Origin: an uncultured Nitrososphaerota archaeon
GTDB lineage: Archaea; Thermoproteota; Nitrososphaeria; Nitrososphaerales; Gagatemarchaeaceae
Direction of reading: 5' to 3'
NCBI GenBank assembly: GCA_963703285.1
Contig: OY969807.1
Location: forward strand, 704,001 to 768,000
Length of the DNA stretch: 64,000 bases
Shown in pieces: positions 1 through 7,517 of the stretch. A model generated the notes under the pieces. The model had not been told where the DNA came from, searched no databases, and saw nothing but the letters and a program-made list of their open reading frames with translations. A program made the position numbers and the translations under genes. The first letter of the stretch is position 1, and each line of letters starts with the position of its first letter.

Positions 1-148
1 CAGCTACGCCGTGGACGGGATCCGTCAGCTCCTCATAGGCGCCGTCGGCTCCTACGCCCTCTGGGTGGACTTCACCGTCGTTCTGGCGTTCGCCGTCTTC
101 TTCTCCATCTTGGGGATTGTCATGTCATGGAGACTCCTCAGCAAGTGA
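1..148 (+). CDS. ABC-2 type transporter permease, C-terminal fragment (5' truncated by window)
   Basis: Reading from nt 2: SYAVDGIRQLLIG...WVDFTVVLAFAVFFSILGIVMSWRLLSK*, stop 146-148; the YAVDGxR motif plus final TM helix is typical of ABC-2 permeases. Confidence 0.7.
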   Translation, partial: SYAVDGIRQLLIGAVGSYALWVDFTVVLAFAVFFSILGIVMSWRLLSK

Positions 149-191
149 CACTGCGCGCAATTCTTTTATCGCAATCCTGACGAATCGGTCT

Positions 192-467
192 GTGAAACGG
201 TTGGGACAAGAAGGAAAAGAGACCAGGAAGAAGCCTGCTTCCACGCTAGCGCTCATCGGGAAGTCCTGTCCCAACTGCGGCAGCGGACTGGACTTCCTGG
301 ACAACCCCCCGGTGATAGTGCCCGACGACCTGGACGTGCTCGATTGGGATTATGTAAAGAACCTCTCGCTGGTCCCCAAGCTCCTGGCCATCTGTCTCAA
401 GTGCGGCTTCGTGGCCGTGGAGTGCCTCACCCCGGTGGAAGCGCGAGGAACCTACGTTGGAACCTGA
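192..467 (+). CDS. Small zinc-ribbon hypothetical protein
   Basis: CPNC and CLKC knuckles; GTG at 192 (or TTG at 201) follows a TTTTAT TATA-like element at about 165-170. Confidence 0.6.
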   Translation: MKRLGQEGKETRKKPASTLALIGKSCPNCGSGLDFLDNPPVIVPDDLDVLDWDYVKNLSLVPKLLAICLKCGFVAVECLTPVEARGTYVGT

Positions 468-573
468 TCTTCTCTTCAGGCGCCGATCCCTCCTTGTATG
501 CAAGTCCACTGCTCGTCTTGCTCGCAAGCCCTTCAACGCATAAATAGAATTGGGGGGCCGCGGTGCCGCGTTC

Positions 574-1896
574 ATGAAGGGCGAGGATGATCTTGGCGAT
601 TGGAGACGCACCCACTACTCATCCGAGATTACCCCCGAGCTCGAAGGGAAGGAGGTGACGGCTTTCGGGTGGGTCAGCAGCGTACGGACCCAAGGAGGAA
701 TCAGCTTCCTCACCCTGAACGACAAGGAAGGGCCCTTCCAGGTCACCGCAGCAAAGGGGAGGGCGAGCCCTGGCTCGATAGAGAAGGTCTTGGGCATATC
801 TGAGCAGTCGAGCGTCGGCGTCAGGGGGACCGTGAAGAGGTTCGCGGGAGCGCCGAACGGAGCAGAGATTGTTCCCGGGGAAATCAGGGTGCTGAGCAGA
901 GCAAAGAGGAAGCCTCCCTTCAGCGTCTTCGGCGGCGCTCTTCCGTCGATGGAGAAGCGTCTCGACATGAGGGCAGTCGACCTCCGCAGGGAGAGGTCGC
1001 AGGCGATCTTCAGGATCCAGCGGGCCGTTCTCCGATCGCTGAGGGACTACTTCGGGGAGAACGGTTTCCTCGAGGTGACTACCCCCAAGCTAATCTCGAC
1101 GGCGACCGAAGGTGGAGCTTCGCTCTTCTCGGTCCTCTACTACAACAGGCCGTCGTTCCTCACCCAGAGCCCCCAGCTGTACAAGGAGGAGCTAGTCATG
1201 CCGTTCGAGAAGGTCTGCGAGATTGGTCCGGCGTTCAGGGCGGAGGAATCGAGGACCCAGAAGCACCTGAGCGAGATAACCTCGGTCGACATTGAGGAGG
1301 CCTACGTGGACTATCGGGACGTCATGGATACGCTCGAGGCTGTCATAAAGAGGGTCTACTCCGACGTCGGTCGGGCCTGCCCTGAGGAGCTCGCGAGACT
1401 CAAGATGCCGAGGATGGAGCTTCCGAGAAGGTTCGAGCGTCTGACCTACGACGAGGCTATCGCGGAGATCTCCTCCAAGGGCGAGGGTGTCTCCTGGGGC
1501 GACGACATTGGAAGCTCGGAGGGCGAGCGCCTTGCAGCGGGACATCCGGGTTTCTACTTCATCACCGACTGGCCCACCTCCTCGAAGCCCTTCTACATCA
1601 AGCCGAGGGGTGAGAAGCCCAGGGTCAGCGAGTCGTTCGACCTGATGCACGGCTCCCTCGAACTAGCTTCGGGAGGCACGAGGTTGAACTCGAAGGGCGC
1701 TCTGGTGAAGAGGCTCAAGGAACAGAAGCTGAAGCCTCAGGCGTTCGAGTACCACCTCGACGCGTTCGACTACGGCATGCCGCCACACGCAGGGTTCGGG
1801 CTCGGCCTCGAGAGGCTGATGATGGTAATCACGGGCGAGGCCAACATAAGAGAGGTCGCGCTCTTCCCGAGGGATAAGTTGAGATTAGTACCCTGA
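574..1896 (+). CDS. aspS: Archaeal-type aspartyl-tRNA synthetase, probably non-discriminating (Asp/Asn)
   Basis: RRTHYS..GWV OB-fold N-terminus, QSPQLYK, FRAE (motif 2), GMPPHAGFGLGLERL..FPRD (motif 3); APNG loop Pro and neighbouring gatCAB; ATG 574 preferred. Confidence 0.95.
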   Translation: MKGEDDLGDWRRTHYSSEITPELEGKEVTAFGWVSSVRTQGGISFLTLNDKEGPFQVTAAKGRASPGSIEKVLGISEQSSVGVRGTVKRFAGAPNGAEIVPGEIRVLSRAKRKPPFSVFGGALPSMEKRLDMRAVDLRRERSQAIFRIQRAVLRSLRDYFGENGFLEVTTPKLISTATEGGASLFSVLYYNRPSFLTQSPQLYKEELVMPFEKVCEIGPAFRAEESRTQKHLSEITSVDIEEAYVDYRDVMDTLEAVIKRVYSDVGRACPEELARLKMPRMELPRRFERLTYDEAIAEISSKGEGVSWGDDIGSSEGERLAAGHPGFYFITDWPTSSKPFYIKPRGEKPRVSESFDLMHGSLELASGGTRLNSKGALVKRLKEQKLKPQAFEYHLDAFDYGMPPHAGFGLGLERLMMVITGEANIREVALFPRDKLRLVP

Positions 1897-2196
1897 TACT
1901 AAGGGATAAACACTGTCCACGCGTTCACCGCCGGTAAGCGTTGTCTAATGCCATGTTCGGACCAAGAAAGCAGGAGCAGGAGCGAGCCCGGCCCCCCTCC
2001 TAAAGCGGTTCCTCGAATCGAGGAATTCCCCCAAGACGGCGAAGGTCAGGGGAGCCAATCATAGGGAGCCTGACTCTGGGCACGATTAGCCGTTATCTTG
2101 GTAGGGGCAGAAAGGCATAACCTTAACTCAGAACGCGGTATGATCAGCCTCATAGCACTCACTGCAGGGGAATCATCACTCTTCAGTTAGTTTTCA

Positions 2197-2209
2197 CAAA
2201 GCTTATATT
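2197..2209 (+). promoter_or_regulatory. BRE/TATA-like promoter of the peptide-protease cassette
   Basis: CAAAGCTTATATT, with TTATAT ending 29 nt before ATG 2238, similar to the spacing at other genes in the window. Confidence 0.55.
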
Positions 2210-2237
2210 GCGTTAAGGCGGCCTGAACTCGATTCTC

Positions 2238-2384
2238 ATGCAACCTGAAGAATTCGTAACCGAACTTCTCGACAGCCAGAAGGAGTCGGTTGATGAAATT
2301 CTAGAGCTTCAACGCATGCTAGCTGAGATTAGCCCGCCCGAGAATCAGCAGGTTTATCTCATGTCTATCTCCGTTAACTACTAG
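2238..2384 (+). CDS. Unannotated 48-aa acidic peptide
   Basis: MQPEEFVTELLDSQKESVDEILELQRMLAEISPPENQQVYLMSISVNY*; TATA upstream; stop 2 nt before the protease ATG; below the ORF-track length cutoff. Confidence 0.65.
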   Translation: MQPEEFVTELLDSQKESVDEILELQRMLAEISPPENQQVYLMSISVNY

Positions 2385-2386
2385 TA

Positions 2387-3388
2387 ATGCAGCCTATTCC
2401 GCAAACCGACCCCATATACCGAAGTATCATAGACTCTAATTCTGCGGAGGTTAGGCAGCGCCTCATTACTAAGATTGAGCGCCAAATCGGAGGCCGGCTT
2501 GTCACATACACAGCCAGCGCTTTGCATCCCGCTTCATCCATAATGCAGCTGGATGCGGTGCCATTCGAAGACGTGCTACGGTCAGTAGCGGATTCGGATA
2601 CCGGATTTCTCATGCTGACTTCGCAAGGGGGTGACCCCAACGCGGCTGAGAAACTACTCCTCATGTTCAGGAAGCGATTCTCCAAGTCCTTCCAAGTCAT
2701 TGTTCCCAACTACGCGAAAAGCGCTGCCACTTCCATTTGCTTGGGCGCGGACAAAATCTTGATGGGATACATGGCCGAGCTAGGCCCTGTGGACCCACAG
2801 ATTCAAACGAGTGCGACCGGAGGGGCGACGATTCCAGCTAGGTCCTTCATCGACGGCCTCGAAATGATCAGACACAAGGTAAAGGACGAAGGAGATAACC
2901 CAGCAATGTATCTTCCAATGCTCTCGCAAATAAAACCAGAGCTAATCGCAATTGCCCAAAGCGCTATAGACGATTCCAGACAGACTGCGTCCAAGTGGTT
3001 GAAGAACTACATGCTCAAGGACAATCCTGAGCAGGCAGACCTAGTGGCAAAGCTGCTCTCCGAGGGCTTAACCTACAAGTCTCACGGGAAGGTGATTAAC
3101 TGCGCTGAGGCTAGGGATGTCCTGAAGCTGAATGCAGAAGAAATCGACCATAATACTCCGCTTTGGTCAGATATATGGGAGTTGTATCTTCGAACCATGT
3201 TCTATACACAGACTAGCGGAAGCGCGAAGGTGTTTGAAAGCGCGAAGGTATCTCTAGGCATGCAGATACAAATCATCCAAACTCAACCCGCTCCGGCGGC
3301 TCCAGTGCAACCGCCGCGAGCAACTCATTCTCAACCTGAGAATCCGCCCAAGCCAGAACCGCCATCTGCTAGCCCACCATCCTCCTGA
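2387..3388 (+). CDS. SDH-family (ClpP/crotonase-fold) serine protease with Pro-rich C-terminal tail
   Basis: LTSQGGD, VIVPNYAKSAAT (catalytic Ser), ELGPVDPQI, SHGKVI (His) motifs; AT-richer codon usage than neighbours. Confidence 0.85.
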   Translation: MQPIPQTDPIYRSIIDSNSAEVRQRLITKIERQIGGRLVTYTASALHPASSIMQLDAVPFEDVLRSVADSDTGFLMLTSQGGDPNAAEKLLLMFRKRFSKSFQVIVPNYAKSAATSICLGADKILMGYMAELGPVDPQIQTSATGGATIPARSFIDGLEMIRHKVKDEGDNPAMYLPMLSQIKPELIAIAQSAIDDSRQTASKWLKNYMLKDNPEQADLVAKLLSEGLTYKSHGKVINCAEARDVLKLNAEEIDHNTPLWSDIWELYLRTMFYTQTSGSAKVFESAKVSLGMQIQIIQTQPAPAAPVQPPRATHSQPENPPKPEPPSASPPSS

Positions 3389-3550
3389 GCATTTTGATTT
3401 CGTTCTGTCTAGGACTAGACATAACTAACTCGGCCCGTCAAGGAGGGAGATGATGATGCGTTCGGGACGCCCTATCGAACCCTATGTTTTCAATCAGGAG
3501 TAATCAGTTAGTCATGTTTTTCGCCGCAAAAACGGGGGATAGATTGAGAC

Positions 3551-3845
3551 TTGTCCCATAGAGCCAAGACGGCCGTCTCCGAGGAGGAGGTCAGGAGGCT
3601 GGCGAGCCTCTCCAAGCTCAACATGACCGGCGTCGAGGAGGGGAAACTAAGAGAAGAGCTGTCATCCATCGTCGAGTATTTCCACGTGGTGGACGCGGTC
3701 CCGAGTTCGGAGACCAAGAATCTCGAACGTCAGGGAAGCCTCTCAATTGAGGCCCGACGAGGTCAGGCCCTCCGACCCCGAGGGCGTCTTGAGGGGCGTC
3801 CCCAAGAAGAGGGGGCGTCTCGTCAGAGCCCCGAGGGTTTTCTGA
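3551..3845 (+). CDS. gatC: Asp/Glu-tRNA amidotransferase subunit C (apparent +1 frameshift at about 3695-3745)
   Basis: N-part VSEEEVRRLASLSKL..EELSSIVEYF; the canonical C-part LRPDEVRPSDPEGVLRGVPKKRGRLVRAPRVF* lies in the +1 frame, stop 3843-3845. Confidence 0.85.
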
Positions 3846-3856
3846 GGTCCTCGGGC

Positions 3857-5281
3857 ATGGGAAGGCTCTCGCCCTCCGTCACCGAGACAGTCAGGAGGAT
3901 AGCGGACCAGGAGGTAAGCTGTGAGGAGAGGATCGCGTCGAGGGTGGATAGGCTACCGCGGCTCGACAGGGACGTCCACGCTTTCCTTCACTTCGCCTCG
4001 GACGACGCGGTCAAGAGGGCGAAGGAGGTGGACAGGAAGGTCAGGCGCGGTGAGAGGGTAGGGAGGCTCGCCGGGATCACGGTTGCGGTGAAGGACAACA
4101 TCTGCGTGGCCGGGATGCCCGCCACCTGCGCGTCGAGGATCCTGGAGGGTTTCCGGCCCCCCTACGACGCGGCCGTCGTGGAGCGGATCAGGGCGGAGGA
4201 CGGGATAATCCTCGGGAAGACAAACATGGACGAGTTCGCGATGGGGAACACCACGCAGTCGAGCGCTTTCGGTCCCACGAAGAACCCGTGGGATCTGGAG
4301 CGGGTCCCGGGCGGCTCATCGGGAGGGAGCGCCGCCGCCATCGCCGGCAGCATGACCACGCTAGCCTTGGGCTCAGACACGGGAGGATCGGTCAGATGTC
4401 CCGCCAGCTTCTGTTCCGTGCTCGGACTCAAACCGACCTACGGGGCCGTCAGCAGATACGGCTTGATCCCCTACGCCAACAGCCTGGAGCAAATCGGTCC
4501 GATGGCCAGGCGGGTCGAAGACCTCGCGCTCCTCTACGACGTGATCTCCGGACACGACGCGAGGGACAGCACCTCCTCGGGTCCCCAGGCGAGGCGCGAT
4601 GGCGCGCGTTCGGGAATCAAGGGATTGAGGGTGGGGATCGTCAAGAACTTCTTCGGCGAAGGGACGCAGGAGAGGGTCAGCAGGGTCGTTCTCGACGCGA
4701 GCTCGGTCCTCGAGGGCCAGGGCGCCGTCGTCAAGGAGACGACCATCGAGGGGCTCGAGTATGCCCTGGCGGCCTACTACATAGTGGCCATGGCCGAAGC
4801 GAGCTCCAACCTCTCTAGATATGATGGGGTAAGGTATGGCCCTTCTCCGGAGGGTGTCCCGGGGGACTGGAACGAGGTCTTCGCCAAGACGAGGACCGAG
4901 CTCTTCGGTACCGAGGTCAAGAGGAGGATTCTGCTCGGGACGTTCGTCCTCTCTGCGGGATACTATGAGGCCTACTACCTCAGGGCCGAGAAGGCGAGGA
5001 CGCTGATCAGGGCCGCGTTCGCGAAGCAGTTCAGGAATTTCGACGCCCTTCTCGGGCCGACGATGCCCGTCCTGCCTCCGAAGCTCGGGGAGAGGGTGTC
5101 GCCTCTCGAGGACTACATGATCGACGTGAACACGGTCCCTGCGAACCTCGCGGGTATACCAGCTCTCAGCGTGCCGGTGGGGTTCTCCGAAGGGCTGCCG
5201 GTGGGCATGCAGCTGATGGCCCCGCACTTCGGCGAGGGGACGCTCTTCACCATCGCGTCGTCGTACGAGGGGGGAACATGA
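3857..5281 (+). CDS. gatA: Asp/Glu-tRNA amidotransferase subunit A
   Basis: AVKDN, GKTNMDEFAMG, PGGSSGGSAA, GSDTGGSVRCPA amidase signature, SNLSRYDGVRYG; ATG 3857. Confidence 0.95.
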   Translation: MGRLSPSVTETVRRIADQEVSCEERIASRVDRLPRLDRDVHAFLHFASDDAVKRAKEVDRKVRRGERVGRLAGITVAVKDNICVAGMPATCASRILEGFRPPYDAAVVERIRAEDGIILGKTNMDEFAMGNTTQSSAFGPTKNPWDLERVPGGSSGGSAAAIAGSMTTLALGSDTGGSVRCPASFCSVLGLKPTYGAVSRYGLIPYANSLEQIGPMARRVEDLALLYDVISGHDARDSTSSGPQARRDGARSGIKGLRVGIVKNFFGEGTQERVSRVVLDASSVLEGQGAVVKETTIEGLEYALAAYYIVAMAEASSNLSRYDGVRYGPSPEGVPGDWNEVFAKTRTELFGTEVKRRILLGTFVLSAGYYEAYYLRAEKARTLIRAAFAKQFRNFDALLGPTMPVLPPKLGERVSPLEDYMIDVNTVPANLAGIPALSVPVGFSEGLPVGMQLMAPHFGEGTLFTIASSYEGGT

Positions 5282-6708
5282 AGGAGAAGGTGGGGGCGGC
5301 GAAGAAGGCGAAGATCGGGCTTGAGGTTCACTGTCAACTCACGGCCCTGAGGACCAAGCTCTTCTGCTCGTGCTCCTCCGACTACAGGGGGAGGCCGCCA
5401 AACCAGTTGGTCTGTCCGGTCTGCTTCGGCCTGCCCGGGACCCTCCCCGTGCTCAACGGAAAGGCGGTCGAGTACGCGGTCATGATAGCCGATGCCCTCG
5501 GATGCAGGGTTGCTCGCGAGACCACCTTCTACAGGAAGAACTACTTCTATCCGGACCTGCCCAAGAACTTCCAGATCAGCCAGTACGACAAGGCCGGCGG
5601 CGTGCCCATCGCCTCAGGGGGCTCCGTCCACGTGGGCGGGAAGGCGGTGAGGATCCGAAGGATACAGCTCGAGGAGGACCCAGGGAAGCTGACCTACGAG
5701 GGCACGATCGAGAAGTCGTCCTACAGCCTCGTCGACTACAACAGAGCGGGGATTGCGCTCGTCGAGATCGTCACCGAGCCGGATTTCGAGTCGGCCAGAG
5801 AGGCGAAGGCCTTCCTCGAGAAGCTTCGAGGGACCGTCGAGGCACTCGGCGTCTCCGACGGGGAGCTCGAAGGGTCGATGAGGTGCGACGCCAACGTCTC
5901 TGTGGGAGGAGGAGCGCGGGTCGAGGTGAAGAACATCTCTTCATTCAGAGAGGTCGAGAAGGCGCTCAACTACGAGGTGCTGAGGCAGGGAACCTTCGCG
6001 GGGAAGAGTGGGGGCGCGAACGAGACACGCCACTGGGACGAGAGGCGCAGTATCACCATCGCTTTGAGGACGAAGGAGGGCGAGCAGGACTACCGTTACT
6101 TCCCCGAGCCTGACCTGCCCGCGGTCCTTCTCAGCGATGATTTCCTGGCGGCTGCGAGGAGGGCCGCCCCCGAAGTTCCGGAGGTGAGGGCCCAGAGGTA
6201 CGTGGACGAGTACGGCCTGAGCGAGCAGACGGCGAGGGCGCTATCCCGGGACCCGAGGCTCTCGCGCTTCTTCGAGGAGACGGCCAAGGCCTTCGGGAAC
6301 GCCGCCGAGACAGCGAACTGGCTCCTCGGCGAGGTCAGGGAGGAGGAGAGGCAGAAGCTGGTCGGACCTGACGCCCGGGTGACGCCTCGGGGTCTTGCGG
6401 AGCTCCTTGGCAGATTGCGGAATGGCGGCCTGACCAGGACGCAGGCGAGAAGGATCTTCCGGGAGATGATCTCCGAGGGGAAGAGCGCGTCGCAGATGGC
6501 GGACCTCCAGGTCGAGGGCGTCATCAAGGACGAGGACGTAATCCTGGACCTCGTCGGGAGGGTCTTGACGGATGAGAAGGCCATCGAACAGGCGAGGAAG
6601 AACCCCAAGGCCCTCAACTACCTGGTCGGACAGGTTCTCGGGCTGGAGCCGAGGGCAGACCCGGCTCTCGTCGCCAGGACCCTGGCGCGCGCTATCCGCA
6701 AACCCTAA
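5278..6708 (+). CDS. gatB: Asp/Glu-tRNA amidotransferase subunit B
   Basis: IGLEVHCQL, RKNYFYPDLPKNFQISQY, DYNRAG, GSMRCDAN, DYRYFPEPDL. Confidence 0.97.
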   Translation: MKEKVGAAKKAKIGLEVHCQLTALRTKLFCSCSSDYRGRPPNQLVCPVCFGLPGTLPVLNGKAVEYAVMIADALGCRVARETTFYRKNYFYPDLPKNFQISQYDKAGGVPIASGGSVHVGGKAVRIRRIQLEEDPGKLTYEGTIEKSSYSLVDYNRAGIALVEIVTEPDFESAREAKAFLEKLRGTVEALGVSDGELEGSMRCDANVSVGGGARVEVKNISSFREVEKALNYEVLRQGTFAGKSGGANETRHWDERRSITIALRTKEGEQDYRYFPEPDLPAVLLSDDFLAAARRAAPEVPEVRAQRYVDEYGLSEQTARALSRDPRLSRFFEETAKAFGNAAETANWLLGEVREEERQKLVGPDARVTPRGLAELLGRLRNGGLTRTQARRIFREMISEGKSASQMADLQVEGVIKDEDVILDLVGRVLTDEKAIEQARKNPKALNYLVGQVLGLEPRADPALVARTLARAIRKP

Positions 6709-6761
6709 GAATCCTCGGGCTGCCTTATGAGGCCCCCTCGGTTGGAGGGCCCGAGCACGTG

Positions 6762-7517
6762 ATGCGTGTGAGCTCTCTTTTCAGCGACTACGATGGAACT
6801 CTGGCGAGGGACGACATCCCCCCGGAGGGCTCTGGGGTTGCCGAGGGGCTCGAAAGGGTGCTTCGCAGAATCGCACTCCGTATCCCTCTCGTGATAGTCA
6901 CGTCAAAAGACAGCTCGTTCATCCGGAGGAAGATCCCGTACGCGCGGGCCTGGGGGTGCGCCGCGGGGCTGGAGCTGGTCTATCCCGAAGGGCCGACGCT
7001 TCTGTGCATACCAAGCACCCAAACGGAGTCGTGCCTCGAGACCGTCCGAGGAGCCCTGAAGAGCGCGCGGCTGGAGGAGAAGCGGAGCCTTTCGGGCGAC
7101 CTCCTGGGATTCAGCATCGACTGGAGGGGAGGCAAGCGACCAGAAGGGCTCGACGGTATCCTCGACGATTTGCGGAGGCCGGGGACCTTTGCCCTCGAGG
7201 ATCCGACGCGCCCGTATGTGGACGTCTACGCGGCGCGTCCCGACAAGGGGCGGGCGCTGAGGCTGATGCGCGACAGGCTGGGGGCAAAGGGTCCCGCCAT
7301 GTACCTGGGGGACTCGAGCTCGGACGACCCCGCGTTCTGCGAGGCCGACCTCGGGATAGGCGTCTACCACGGACAAGGCACGGCAGGGCTGGCCTGCGAT
7401 TTCTGGGTCGACCAGGGGCGGCTGAAGACCTTCCTCGCCTCGCTCGAGGCGCGCGATTTCGAGTTCGATGAGGAGTTGGCGGGAGTGCCAGGTCGAGGAG
7501 GTGTCGGACCATGCTGA
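6762..7517 (+). CDS. HAD-superfamily class IIB phosphatase (trehalose/sugar-phosphate phosphatase-like)
   Basis: DYDGTL motif I, VTS motif II, DKG and GDSSSD motifs III/IV. Confidence 0.8.
   Translation: MRVSSLFSDYDGTLARDDIPPEGSGVAEGLERVLRRIALRIPLVIVTSKDSSFIRRKIPYARAWGCAAGLELVYPEGPTLLCIPSTQTESCLETVRGALKSARLEEKRSLSGDLLGFSIDWRGGKRPEGLDGILDDLRRPGTFALEDPTRPYVDVYAARPDKGRALRLMRDRLGAKGPAMYLGDSSSDDPAFCEADLGIGVYHGQGTAGLACDFWVDQGRLKTFLASLEARDFEFDEELAGVPGRGGVGPC

Noticed and set aside
3450-3520. ATGATGA resembling a box C of a C/D sRNA
   Set aside because: No CTGA D or D' boxes at suitable spacing downstream
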